Shown here piece by piece: positions 39,230 through 52,400 of a DNA stretch of 64,000 nt (within the stretch, counting starts at the first letter, position 1; every line of letters begins with the position of its first letter). Both the position numbers and the translations under genes were made by a program. The notes under the pieces are model-generated. The model was not told the DNA's origin. It saw only the letters and a list, made by a program, of their open reading frames with translations, and searched no databases. Location of the stretch: the NCBI GenBank assembly GCA_002633005.1, contig NMRA01000698.1, positions 62,001 to 126,000 of the forward strand. Direction: 5' to 3'. This DNA comes from Phoronis australis. Lineage: Eukaryota; Animalia; Phoronida.

Positions 39230-42200
39230 TTGAATACTTAACCTGTTTCATGTCCCGAAGGCCGACGTCTATCGTCTCCTTAGTCTTAAAGAGGAATATG
39301 TCAATTAATATACACGACACACAGTATACATGAAAACATGTCAACCAATTACACGATGCACAATCTACTTGATCACAAGTCAATTAATAAACGTGATAGC
39401 ACTGACGTTTTAAGCAGTTAAATACTTGACCATTTTGATGTCCTGGCGGCAGCCGTCTGTCGTCTTCTCAATCTTAAAGAGGAATAAGTCAATTACTAAA
39501 CAAGCCATACAGTATAAATGATAACAAGTTAATTAATATACACGCCACACAATGGGCACGATAAAAACAATTAATAAACAAAACCTATATTGTACATGAT
39601 AATACTGAAAATTTAAGCCTTTGAACAATTGACCTGTCTGATGTGGTTTCCAAATATTGAAATGTCTAGGATGGCACACATTAAACATGAAAATAAGTCA
39701 ATTAATACACACGACTTACAATATATTGTAACATACCAAATATTATACACGACACACAATATACATGTTAAAATTCAATTGAAAAGGATGGCAAGATATG
39801 GAGAGCCATTCACTTGCTTTTAATCAAGTAGAACTTACAATGAATCTTCTCCATTTTGGTTAAATATTTGTCTCTTGCATTGTCCATCTTAGTAAAGCCA
39901 TTGAGAAATTGATCTTAAGTTGATTGCTCAGTCTCCGTGGCAACGATGTCAAATTTTCACCTCCCCCTTGCTTAGGACTTTGCAGAACGCCGAAGCCAAG
40001 ACGAAGAAACTTGGCAAAGCATTAGCGGAAGTCGATCAAAAGGTGGCTGCACGAAGGGACTGCTTCAAGAAGTAACGAAAACCATTAATATACAAGACCC
40101 TCTATGCATGATCAAAATTCAATTAATATACACGACACAGTATACGATAATTCAAGTAATATACATGATGATTAATCAACATGACAACAAGACAAATAAT
40201 ATACACGACACAATATACATGATAACAAGACAAATAATATACACGACACAATATACATGATAACAAGTCAATTAATATACACGACACAACATACATGATA
40301 ACTAGTCAATTAATATAAACAGTAAAAAATAAAAGGTCGTAATATACATGACACACATTAAACATGAAAATAAGTCAATTAATACACACGACTCACAATA
40401 TATTGTAAGAAACCAAATATTATACACGACACACAATATACATGTTGAAAATTCAATTAAAAACAACAGAAAAACATGATATCAAAACAATTAAAATACA
40501 CAAAACACAATAAACATGATAACTCGATTGATACACACGACTCACAATTAACATAACAAGTCAATTTACGTGCACGATTCACAATGAACTTGATAACAAG
40601 TCAGTTAAGGTTTGAAATACACAGTAACCACGATAAGAGGTCAATTAGTATACACGACAGAAAATAAGCCTGTTGAAGTTTAATTAGTATACCTGAGAAG
40701 CATTAATTCTGAGAACAAGTCAATTAATACATACGACTCACAATACATTATAGCAAAACAAGAATTATACACGACACACGATAAACATGATAGAAAGTCA
40801 ATTAACATACACGACATACAATAGAAATGATAACAAGTCAATTTATATACACGGCACACAAGAAAGAATACAAAAGGTCAAATAATATACACGACACACA
40901 TTAAACATGAAAACAAATTAATTAATACATGCGACCCACAATACATTATAAGAAACCAAATAGTGTACAGGACACACAATGAACATGATCAAAATTCAAT
41001 TAAAAACCACAACACATAAAACCTGACATTAAAACAATTAAAATACACCAAACACAATAAACATGATAACAATTCAATCAAAAGACACGACACAGAATAC
41101 AGTTGATAAATGGTCAGTTAACGTGAACAACACACAATAAACAGGATACCAACTCAATGACTGTACAGGGCACAAAATAATTATGATAAGTCATTTATTA
41201 TACATGACACACAATAAACTTAAAAACATTTATTAACATACACAACTCACAATAATCATGATAACAAGACAACTAATATACAAAATAAATAGTAACCTGG
41301 AAAAAATCAATTAGTACACACGACTCTAAATATACAAGAAAAAAGATCAAATAATATACATGACAAACAATAAAGATGAAAACAAGTCAATAAATAGACA
41401 CGACTCACAATACAGTATATATAAATCAAGAATTATACACGACACAAAATAAACATGATCAAAAGTCAATTAAAACACAACACAAAAACATGATATCAAA
41501 ACAGTTAAAATACACATGATCAAAAGTCAATTAAAAACACAACACAAAAGCATGATATCAAAACAATTAAAATACATGAAAAACAATAAACATGATAACA
41601 TGTCCATTAAAGTACAGGGCACAACGTGACAATGATAACAAGTCAATAAACTTACAAAACTCATAAAACATATGACAACTCTGACTAGATATGTAATTGA
41701 ATACTTGACCCATTTGATATCCTGGCGGCCGCCGTCTGTCAACTTTTCAATCTTCAAGAGAATTAAATCAATTGATATACACGCCACATAGTATACATTA
41801 TAACAATTCAGTTGATAAACAGAACACACAATTAACAAGAAAACAATTGAATTAATACACACAACACACAATAAATGATAACCTGTCAAGTATTATATAC
41901 GGCATGTGTTAAACACGACAAAATTCAGTTAATAACCAAGACACACAATAAACATGATACGAGAAAATTTAACATACAGTACATGACATGCAATATACAT
42001 GAAAATTAGTCAATAATATATAAGACACACAATATACATGATAACAAGTCAATGGAAATGAACGACACACAATATACAAATTAATATACGAGACAAGCAT
42101 TAAACCTGAAAACAAGTCAATTGGTACATACGACTCACAATACATTATATCAAATCAAGAATCATACACAGCACACAATAAACATGATAATAAAATCAAT

Positions 42201-44185
42201 GCACATACACGACACACGACAAGCATGATAACAAATCAATTAACATACGCGACACATAATACACATGATAACAAGTCAATTAAAATACGCGACACACAAT
42301 ACACGCGACAACAAGTCAGTTAATATATACGATACACAATAAACATGATAAAAACTCAACTGATATACACGACACACAATAAACATGGTAACAAGTCAAT
42401 GAACAAGCACGATTCACAATGAGCATGATATATCAATTAATATTCGAAATACAAGGTAACCATGATAAAAGTCAATAAATACACTCGACTCAAATTATAC
42501 AAGAGAAAAGATCAAAGAATACACAGCACAAACAGTAAAAATGAAAAAGTTAAATAATACACACGACTCACAATACATTATGAAAGTAAAACTGTCAGTA
42601 CACGGCACAACATAGACATGAAAACAAGTCAAGCAATTTGCACAACTCATAATAAGCATGATAACACTGACTACATATTTAATTGAATACTTGACCAATT
42701 TGATGTCCAGGTGGCCGCCGTCTGTTGTCTTCGTAATCTTCAAAAGAAATAAACCAGTTAATATACACGCCACATAGTATACATTATAACACGTCAGTTG
42801 ATAAACAAGACACACAATAGAGATAAACATGATAACAATTCAATTCATACAACAGACGCAATACACATGATAAGAGAGCAATTAACATACACAGCATAAA
42901 GTATTCATGATAATTGGTCAATTAATAAACACAACACAAAATAATCATGATTACAACTCAATTGATATGCACGACACACAATAAACATGTTAAAAACTCA
43001 GTTAACGTGCACGATTCACAATGAACACGATCACAAGTCAATTTACACACGAAATACACAGTAATCTCGATAAAAGTCAATTAATATGCACGACACAAAA
43101 TAAACATGACAAAAGATCAAATAGTATAGACGACAAGCACTAAACATGAAAACAAATCAATTATTACATACGACTCACAATATATTATAACAAATCAAAA
43201 ATTATACACGACACACAATAACAATAATAACAAGCCAATAAGTATACGTGACATATAATACACATGATAATAAGTCAAGACACACGGCACACATTACACA
43301 CGATAACAGGTAAATTAATAAGCACAAAACACTGTAAACATTTTACCAAGTCAAATAATGTAGAGGGCACAAAATAATTATGATAAAAGGTCATTTATGA
43401 TACATGATACACAATAAACCTGAAAACAAGTTAATTAACATACAAAAGTCACAGTAAACACGAAAACAAGCCAATTAATATACGAAATACTCAATAAGCA
43501 TTCCATTAATACACACGACTTAAAATAATTAAGATAAATGATCAATTAATATACACGACAAACAATAAAACTGAAAACAAATCAATTAATAGACACGTCT
43601 CACAATACATTATAACAAATCAAGAAATTTACACGACACAACATAGACATGATAATAAGTCAAAAATATAAACAACACATCATAAACAAAATAACACTGA
43701 CTATATATTTAATTGAATACTTGACCAATTTGATGTCCAGGCGGCCGCCGTCTGTTGTCTTCTTAATCTTCAAAAGAAAATAATTAATTAATATACATGC
43801 CATATAGTATACATTATAACACCTCAGTAGCTAAACAAGACACACAATAGTCATGAACATAATAACAATTCAATAAATACACACGAACCACAATAAATGA
43901 TAATTAGTCAATTATTAAATACGACACAAAATAAACATAATATTAACACAATTGATATACACGACAAACAATAAATATGGTAACAAATTAATTAACGTGA
44001 ACGATTCACAATGAACATGATAACGATACAATTATTATGCGAAGTACACATTAACCACTACACATGATAATTCAATTACATGTAGTGCACACAACACACA
44101 GAAATATGCATGATCACACTGACAGTCATAGCAAAGGAATACTTGACCGATTTCTTGTTCCGATGGCGCCTTCTGTCGTCTTCCT
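39230..44185 (+). repeat. Degenerate 38-40 bp A/C-rich satellite with higher-order structure, copy 1
   Basis: The monomer is approximately AACAAGTCAATTAATATACACGACAC(AC)AATAAACATGAT. Near-perfect 38-bp tandem units lie at ~40185-40315, and the + strand is very A-rich and G-poor. Confidence 0.9.
39976..40071 (+). pseudogene. Isolated 96-nt exon-like fragment (captured gene piece) inside the satellite; second copy at 50179-50274
   Basis: It has a polypyrimidine acceptor CCTCCCCCTTGCTTAG| and a donor |GTAACG, and its length is a multiple of 3. One open frame reads TLQNAEAKTKKLGKALAEVDQKVAARRDCFK. Confidence 0.45.
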
Positions 44186-47100
44186 AACCAACTGGGTCGG
44201 TTCTGACCTCGCGATCCCGTGATGAGGAAAGAAACCACATTCGAAAGACTTGATTACTGACTGGGGTTATTGTGCTTTCGTTAGTGCGTTAGTGTATTAG
44301 TTAGGGTTAGATTGTGCAGTGTTATCAGTCAGCAATCAAATCTTCCATAATGGCAAGCGCATGCCGTGCTCCCACGTGTTCTGCTGAGTGATGCAGTTCA
44401 TCGCTTGGACACCATTTGCACGCCATCCGTGAAACTAAAACAAAGAAAAAAGAACATTTATACAATCTTGTAATAACATGCCCTTTTGACAATGAACATA
44501 GGAAGCGCATCCCAGGTGAAGTACATGTAGCTTACTTCATGATCACAGACGGGTGCAAAAGTGCATCTTGTCGCAAGGAGCGTTCAGTCGATTGTGTGCC
44601 TCGAATACATGTATAAGCGACTGACGTCACGATTCAGCTCTCTGCACAATGACCACCGACAGCGAATAACAATACCACGTCTCTGTTGGCGGTGATGATA
44701 GTGACGTTCAAACGAGCTTCTCACGGCATGGAGACGACCCACGGAAGAAGGTCATTCGTTCAACCATTCACTAATGAGTCTTATGCGCTGTGGCAAGCAG
44801 TGGACTACATTGGCATGGTGCTGTGGTAGTCGACTCCATTCGAATTTGTTTCACTAACAATTGACGATCAACGCCCTGTGATATCTGAAAGCAACACGTG
44901 ACCTGGACCTGCTGCGATATGTAATTTCGAGAAAAGAATCACGACAAAATATTGCGACAGCTGTCTGCGTTGTCTGTTGCCAGAGATTGACCTCTGGAAA
45001 AATATAGTTTTGCATTCTCAAAAATTGTCTCCATTTTTTGAAATACTTGTAAGTGTGCTTAAATGCACATTTTCAAGTACGTTTAGACGACTATGCTGTA
45101 CAAATGGAGATCCGTCCTATCAACAGGGCCCTCAAAGTGTAAAGCATGCACTGGAAACCGAGTTGTTAAAGGTTCTCTGGAATTGTCTCTCTTATCCATG
45201 TTCGAAGTTTTTCTTTTCTCGAATGTTCCCGACCCCGGGCCACGCCTACATGTATATCGGTTGCTACGTTTTAACCCTAACGCCTGCAAATTTTTATTGG
45301 GGGGGTGGGCACAACAAGCGCATGTCAGTGAAGCTTTGCGTCCTAAAGCACGATGAATTGTGATTTGTTCCCTGAATTGTCAGAAATAGGATTGAAATTG
45401 TGTTTTGGTGTCTCCTTGGGCGTACAACTGCTTCAAGTAACCGTACCAATAACGGACCTTCTTAGTGACAAGTTCTAGGAACACGTAGAAAATCAATACC
45501 AGCGTTCTCTCCCACTTATAGTACGACTTCATTTCTTATAATTTTTTGTTAAAAATATCGAATTGCTGATTTTATCCCCAGTTATATATTCAGCCCAAAA
45601 TCATTTTATTCCACAAAATATCTAGCATTTCAAGATCACCGAGACTGCCTACTTATATTGCCGAATTTTGTAGTCTGAGAGTTAATATTGTTTTTTTGGT
45701 TAGGCGAGTTTTAAGATACAAAGAGCTTCAATATCACGTTTGTTGTTAATTACGAATATAGTGACAGGTTTCCGTTTCCTTTAGTAGCAGTAAATCAGAT
45801 ACCATTTACACACATATATTGTGCAAGAAATGCTTTGGGTGGTTCTTCAACGAGCACTATGGAACAAGCTGCTTTTGACCAAACCGTCGCCATTCTGAAG
45901 GCAGAGCAGTTTAGTGACAAGCAATGAAAAATATTGTTGTCTGCCCCCCACTCCTCTTTGTGCACAAACAAACAGAAATGGCTTTCTTTTGGAGATTGTG
46001 GTCTGCCCCCCAACATCCTAGATCCTACAGTGTGCCTTACTCTAATAACAATGCAAGGATACAAGAACTTTGTAAACTAAAGTATCAAATTTATTTTGAA
46101 ATATCCATCAATGCTCACTCACTGAGTTACATAAAATTCAATAAAAAGTGGCGCTCCTCTAGAGTACCGTTCACACATAGAAAAATAGAACCTTCATTAA
46201 TTACTTATTTACTTAAACCGGTATTAAAAGAAACAGCTCACAAATTTCATCAAAATTACCAAGACGGTATTCTCTTGTAATCCAGTTATACTGTACAGTA
46301 ACAACCGAAATTCACAACAAATCAACACAAAAGTTTAGCAACGTGAGAGGAAAAGCAAAAAAATTCCCAAAGAAAATTTAAGAGACAGCCCAAAAATTGG
46401 CATTCAGAAACCATTTTTGGATCATGTGCGGAGGTGGGTGTGTGTTTCTGAGCTAAGCTAAATCTGCCTCATTTCCAACATGATTTTGACAATTAGGAGA
46501 AGATAAATGAAATTTACGTTCATTTTCATGACATGTATAGTACGTGATCCAATTGATGGCAGAAAAAATATTAGTAATAAATGCAGTTAATAAAAATTTA
46601 CAGGCTTTACACTTCTTGAAATATCATTTGATGACATTGATCAATAGACCTAACTGGTTGTAATAAAAGGTATAAACGACTAGGATTGCAATTGTAGTTT
46701 CCAACGATGTCACCGTCTATATTAAAAACGCTGACATGGCGGGCATGATCGTGGCGTTATACATACGTATGCAGGATATATCATACAGAGCTATAGAAAC
46801 AGAGCTCTCTTGGCAGTGCTACCATTTGCATACAAGCTCTCAACAATAATCGGCTACCCATTACGTAACCAAGAATATACAAATAATTCCCAAATGTACA
46901 GTAGTTCTCGTCACCGAGCCACGGTTTCCTGTGCTGGTTATACAATTAGGCTCAATAACAATGATAAAATAAAAAATAATCACAAAATCAACATCATTAT
47001 TATTAATATTAATATAAACAATTACAATTTTAACAATAAACCCAAGTTTTTATAAGTTATCACACGTCGCAACAGGTTTTCAAACACTTCGGATATAAGG

Positions 47101-48453
47101 TGGTGCAAAGGCTAAGGTTCCGTAGACCACAGAACTAATATTGGTTCCCAGTACAGACCAAAGACATTTGTAAGAAAATATTTTATGAGATCACGTACTT
47201 ATCTTGTAATACATAACGATATCTCGCAAGACTTGCGTCTACAAAGCACAGCCCCGCATTGGATGCAAGATAGTTTTATGCGCAGTGTGACTTTTGGTTA
47301 CAAATTAATCACCGTGAAACTGTGGGTAACGCAGTAGTTGCTCGGGTGATGACTTTCTTTATGTACATAGCATAACTCATTAACCAATTTCATAACAAGT
47401 AAAATGAAGTAGCAAACGTAAATAAGCAGTAAACGAAAATCACTGTTCATCATGTCATATACGCCTACATGGAATAGCCTCGTGTGTGAGTTATCAGAGA
47501 CATTTTGCAGCCTACCTCCGTATATGAAGAGTTGAATAAATGGTTTCTTAAAAAAAAAAATTTCAGAAATGGGTGCACGGGTGCAAATAGAGCCATGCAC
47601 GACAAATCTTGTTACATACCAAAAGTTGTCTTATGTTTCAAAGGAGAGAATGAATAAAAATACAAATGAGCACAGAGAAAAGAGAAAATGTAAAATGTCA
47701 CGAAAACGTAAGAGATCTATACCCGGGTTATAAAAATTGCATAACCAATGACAGCAACGTCTGATGTTCGTCGAACAATCCATTATAAGTTCTCTGATTG
47801 TGGGAGCAAATTGTAAATTGTTCGGCACAATAAGATACCAAGTGAACCAAATAACCTTTATAGTGGCAAAAGCACATAGCAGAACTATTGAAAATACAAT
47901 ACGCATCGGCGTGGATATGTTTACCAAATGAACCAACACAAGCTTGATATGAAAATCGAAGTAAACTATACAATGGGAAAATTTGTGCAATTGTTTCGTG
48001 AGCTTGCCCAAGAAAGCACATGTTATTTGCAAAAATATTCTAGTTGCTTGGCACAATTTCAAATTAGACATTCTGTTTCAACATCAGTGAGAATTATTGT
48101 TGGTCTTTGCTCGTTATTTGGCTGAGAGACTCGTGTTTGGTGGTTTCACGGTAAGCCTTCTGGAAGCACAAGGGAAGGATGGCCATTCGCAGTTCCCAGT
48201 CTTGTTTACTAGATAAACCAATGGCTGCTGGAAGACATAATTAAACTATATATTAAGTTTCTGCAGCTAGTCTACGTGAGAAATCATGCGTATAAAGTAA
48301 AGAAGTGTTTGTTCGGAGACTCGTTTTGACAATTACGTGAAAAAGATGGAATTACAGATTAACATCATCCAGTGGCATATGATTTACCTAGGGCTTCTGC
48401 TTTGTATTCAAAATAGACTCTAGATGTTGAAAGCAAACTTTCTATTTGAATGT

Positions 48454-48522
48454 AGGGGTCACTGGGACTTGAACCCAGAACCTCATGTCATAGACATGCC
48501 TGCTACCTTGCATCATGACCCC
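48454..48522 (-). ncRNA. tRNA-like cloverleaf, copy C (best-paired copy)
   Basis: GGGGTCATGATGCAAGGTAGCAGGCATGTCTATGACATGAGGTTCTGGGTTCAAGTCCCAGTGACCCCT has a perfect 7-bp acceptor stem and a perfect 5-bp T stem. Confidence 0.6.
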
Positions 48523-49429
48523 GGGTGATTGTTCTATAGTTAGTTTGCATTTCAACAGCGTTTTTGGTAGAGAGCCAATGTGCTCAAACAGGAATATCAA
48601 AATTTGGAGTTAAAATTGCTGCGTCCTGGTTGTTTACCGTTTAAGTTTGATGATCGAAAAAATTAATAGGTGGTCTTGGACCACGTCTATTATGTAGACT
48701 GGTTATGGTTTTCATTGATTATTGTTAGAGAAGGGAATTGTACCCATTTTGATGATATTTCTTATTTTTCCAAAGAAACCAGAGTTCAGCAACCTTAAGT
48801 AACTTAACAATCACCCACCTCCTTTTATTCGAACCACGTACAGTGAAAAGGTCACGATAAAAATCTGTCACAAAGAAGGTGTGAACGATTTTAAAGAAAT
48901 TTTGTATTCGAACGTATTTTCTAATCTTTTCGACGGGATGATTTACTTTTTTGAACGCGTTTTAGGCATAAATATCGTCAAAGCTAAGTCTATATTTTTC
49001 AACTTAGTGAAAGGAGATTTAAAGAGGCCCAAGACAAAATTGTCATTAGGTTCTTTTGAAGTCGAATATATAGGCTCAAAATACCTATACAAGTAAGTAC
49101 AAAACATCAAATCGATCTCAAAAGCATACAATTTCCATCAATAGTAAAGTACGTGGTTATTATTACAAAAGCAACGTGTTTCTGAGGTGACAAAACACGT
49201 GCGCAAGGAAAAAGGTATACTCTCCTGAAATCTTTCTTGGGAATGAGACGTCATGTGTACAAAGGCGCCCTCAAATCTGCAGCGAGAATTAAGAAGTCAA
49301 AAAAGACTAATTACACTGTTCCATGCAAGTCATGAACTTCATAAAAATCGCGTTTCCTGCATTTTTGATATTTTAACATTCATCGTGCGGGAAAGGTTTT
49401 CCTTACACCTTGGCCACTGACAATTTAAG

Positions 49430-52400
49430 TTACTGAATACTTGACCCGTTTCATGTCTCGAAGGCCAACGTCTGTCGTCTCCTTAGTCTTGAAGAGGAAT
49501 ATGTCAATTAATATACACGCCACACAGTATACATGATAACAAGTCAACCAATTACACGATGCACATTCTACATGATCACAAGTCAATTAATAAACTAGAT
49601 AACACTGACGTTTTAAGCATTTAAATACCTGACCATTTTGATGTCCTGGCGGCAGCCGTTTGTCGTCTTCTCAATCTTTAAGAGGAATAAATCAATTACT
49701 AAACAAGCCATACAGTACAAATGATAACAAGTCAATTAATATACACGCCACACAATGGGTACGATAAAAACAATTAATAAACAAAACCTATATTATACAT
49801 GATAATACTGAAAATTTAAGCCTTTGAACACTTGACCTGTGTGAGGTTGGTCCCAAATATTGAAATGTCTAGGATGGCCTACATTAAACTTGAAAATAAT
49901 CAATTAATACACACGACTCACAATATATTGTAACAAACCGAATATTATACACGACACACAATATACATGTTAAAAATTCAATTAAAATGGATGGCAAGGT
50001 ATGGAGAGCCATTCACTTGCTTTTAATAAAGTAGAACTTACAGTGAATCTTCTCCATTTTGTCTAAATATTTGTCTCTTCCAATGCCCATCTTAGTAAAG
50101 CCATTGAGAAATTCATCTTAAGTTGATTGCTCAGTCTCCGTGTCAACGATGTCAAATTTTCACCTCCCCCTTGCTTAGGGCTTTTCAGAAGGCCGAAGCC
50201 AAGACGAAGAAACTTGGCAAAGCATTAGCGGAAGTCGACCAAAAGGTGGCTGGACGAAGGGACCGCTTCAAGAAGTAACGAAAACCATTAATATACAAGA
50301 CCCTCTATATATGATCAAAATTCAATTAATATACACGACACACAGTATACGATAAATCAAGTAATATACTTGATGATCAATCAACATGACAACAAGACAA
50401 ATAATATACACGACACAATATACATGATAACAAGTCAATTAATATACACGACACAATAGACATGATAACTAGTCAATTGATATAAACAGTAAAAATAAAA
50501 GGTCATAATATACATGACAAACATTAAACATGAAAATAAGTCAATTTATACACACGACTCACAATATATTGTAACAAACCAAATATTATACACGACACAC
50601 AATATGCATGTTAAAAATTCAATTAAAAAACAACAGAAACATGATATCAAAACAATTAAAATACACAAGACTCACAATAAACATGACAAGTCAATTAACG
50701 TGCACGATTCACAATGAACTTGACAACAAGTCAGTTAAGGTTTGAAGTACACAGGAACAACGATAACAAGTCAATTAATATACACGACAGAAAATAAGCC
50801 TGTTGAAGTCTAAATAGTATACCTGAGAAGCATTAATTCTGAGAACAAGTCAATTAATACATACGAATCACAATACATTATAGCTAAACAAGAATTATAC
50901 ATGACAAACGATCAACATGATAGAAAGTCAATTAACATACACGACATACAATAAAAATGATAACAAAACAATTAATATATGCGGCAAACAATAAAGAACA
51001 TAACAGGTCAAATAATATACACGACACACATTAAACATGAAAACAAATGAATTAATACGTGCGACCCACAGTACATTATAAGAAACCAAACAGTGTACAG
51101 GACGCACAATGAACATGATCAAAATTCAATTAAAAACCACAACACATAAAACATGACATTAAAAGAATTAAATTACACCAAACACAATAAACATAATAAT
51201 AATTCTATCGAAAGACACGACACACTATACAGTTGATAAATGGTCAGTTAACGTGAACAACACACAATAAACAGTATACCAACTTAATTACTGTACAGGC
51301 CACAAAATAATTATGATAAGTCATTTATGATACATGACACATAATAAACATAAAAACATTAATTAACATACACAACTCACAACAATCATGATAACAAGAC
51401 AACTAATATACAAAATAAATAGTAACCTGGAAAAAATCAATTAGTACACACGACTCTAAATATACAAGAAAAAAGATCAAATAATATACATGACAAACGA
51501 TAAAAATGAAAACAAGTCAATAAATAGACACGACTCATAATACACTATATATAAATCAAGAATTATACAAGACACAAAATAAACATGATCAAAAGTCAAT
51601 TAAAAACACAACACAAAAACATGATATCAAAACAATTAAAGTACACGAAAAACAACAAACATGATAACATGTCCATTAAAGTACACGGCAAAACGTGACA
51701 ATGATAACAAGTCAATAAACTTACAAAACCCATAATACTCATGATAACTCTCACTGGATATGTAATTGAATACTTGACCCATTGGAGGTCCTGGCGGCCG
51801 CCGTCTGTCAACTTTTATTCTTCAAGAGAAATAAATCAATTCATATACACGCTTCATAGTATACATTATAACAAGTCAGTTGACAAACAAAACACACAAT
51901 TAACAACAAAACAATTGAATTAATACACACGACACACAATAAATGATAACCAGTCAAGTATAATACATGGCATGTGTTAAACACGATAAAATTCAGTTAG
52001 TAACAAAGACACACAATAAACATGATACGAGAAAAATTAACATACATGACATGCAATATACATGAAAATTAGTCAATAATATATAAGACACAAAATAAAC
52101 ATGATAACAAGTCAATGGAAATGAACGACACACAATAGACAAATAATATACGCGACAAGCATTAAACCTGAAAACAAGTCAATGGATACGTACGACTCAC
52201 AATACATTATATCAAATCAAGAACCATACAAAACACACAATAAACATGATAACAAAATCAATGCACATACACGACACATGACACGCGACAACAGGTCAAT
52301 TAATATATACGACACACAATAAACATGATAAAAACTCAACTGATATACACGACACACAATAAACATGGTAACACGTCAATAAACATGCACGATTCATAAT

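Larger units (their letters stand above)
36475..46690 (+). repeat. Large composite repeat, tandem copy 1 (homology to the intronic copy extends left to ~36110)
   Basis: Colinear over its whole length with 46690-57970, apart from indels. Confidence 0.92.

Noticed and set aside
39230-44185. Mitochondrial insertion or control region, suggested by strand asymmetry and a nearby tRNA-like fold
   Set aside because: No mitochondrial protein or rRNA sequence is recognisable, and the tRNA-like T arm is of the nuclear Pol III type.
44280-44312. Telomere-like TTAGGGTTAG
   Set aside because: It has fewer than two full units and is not an array.
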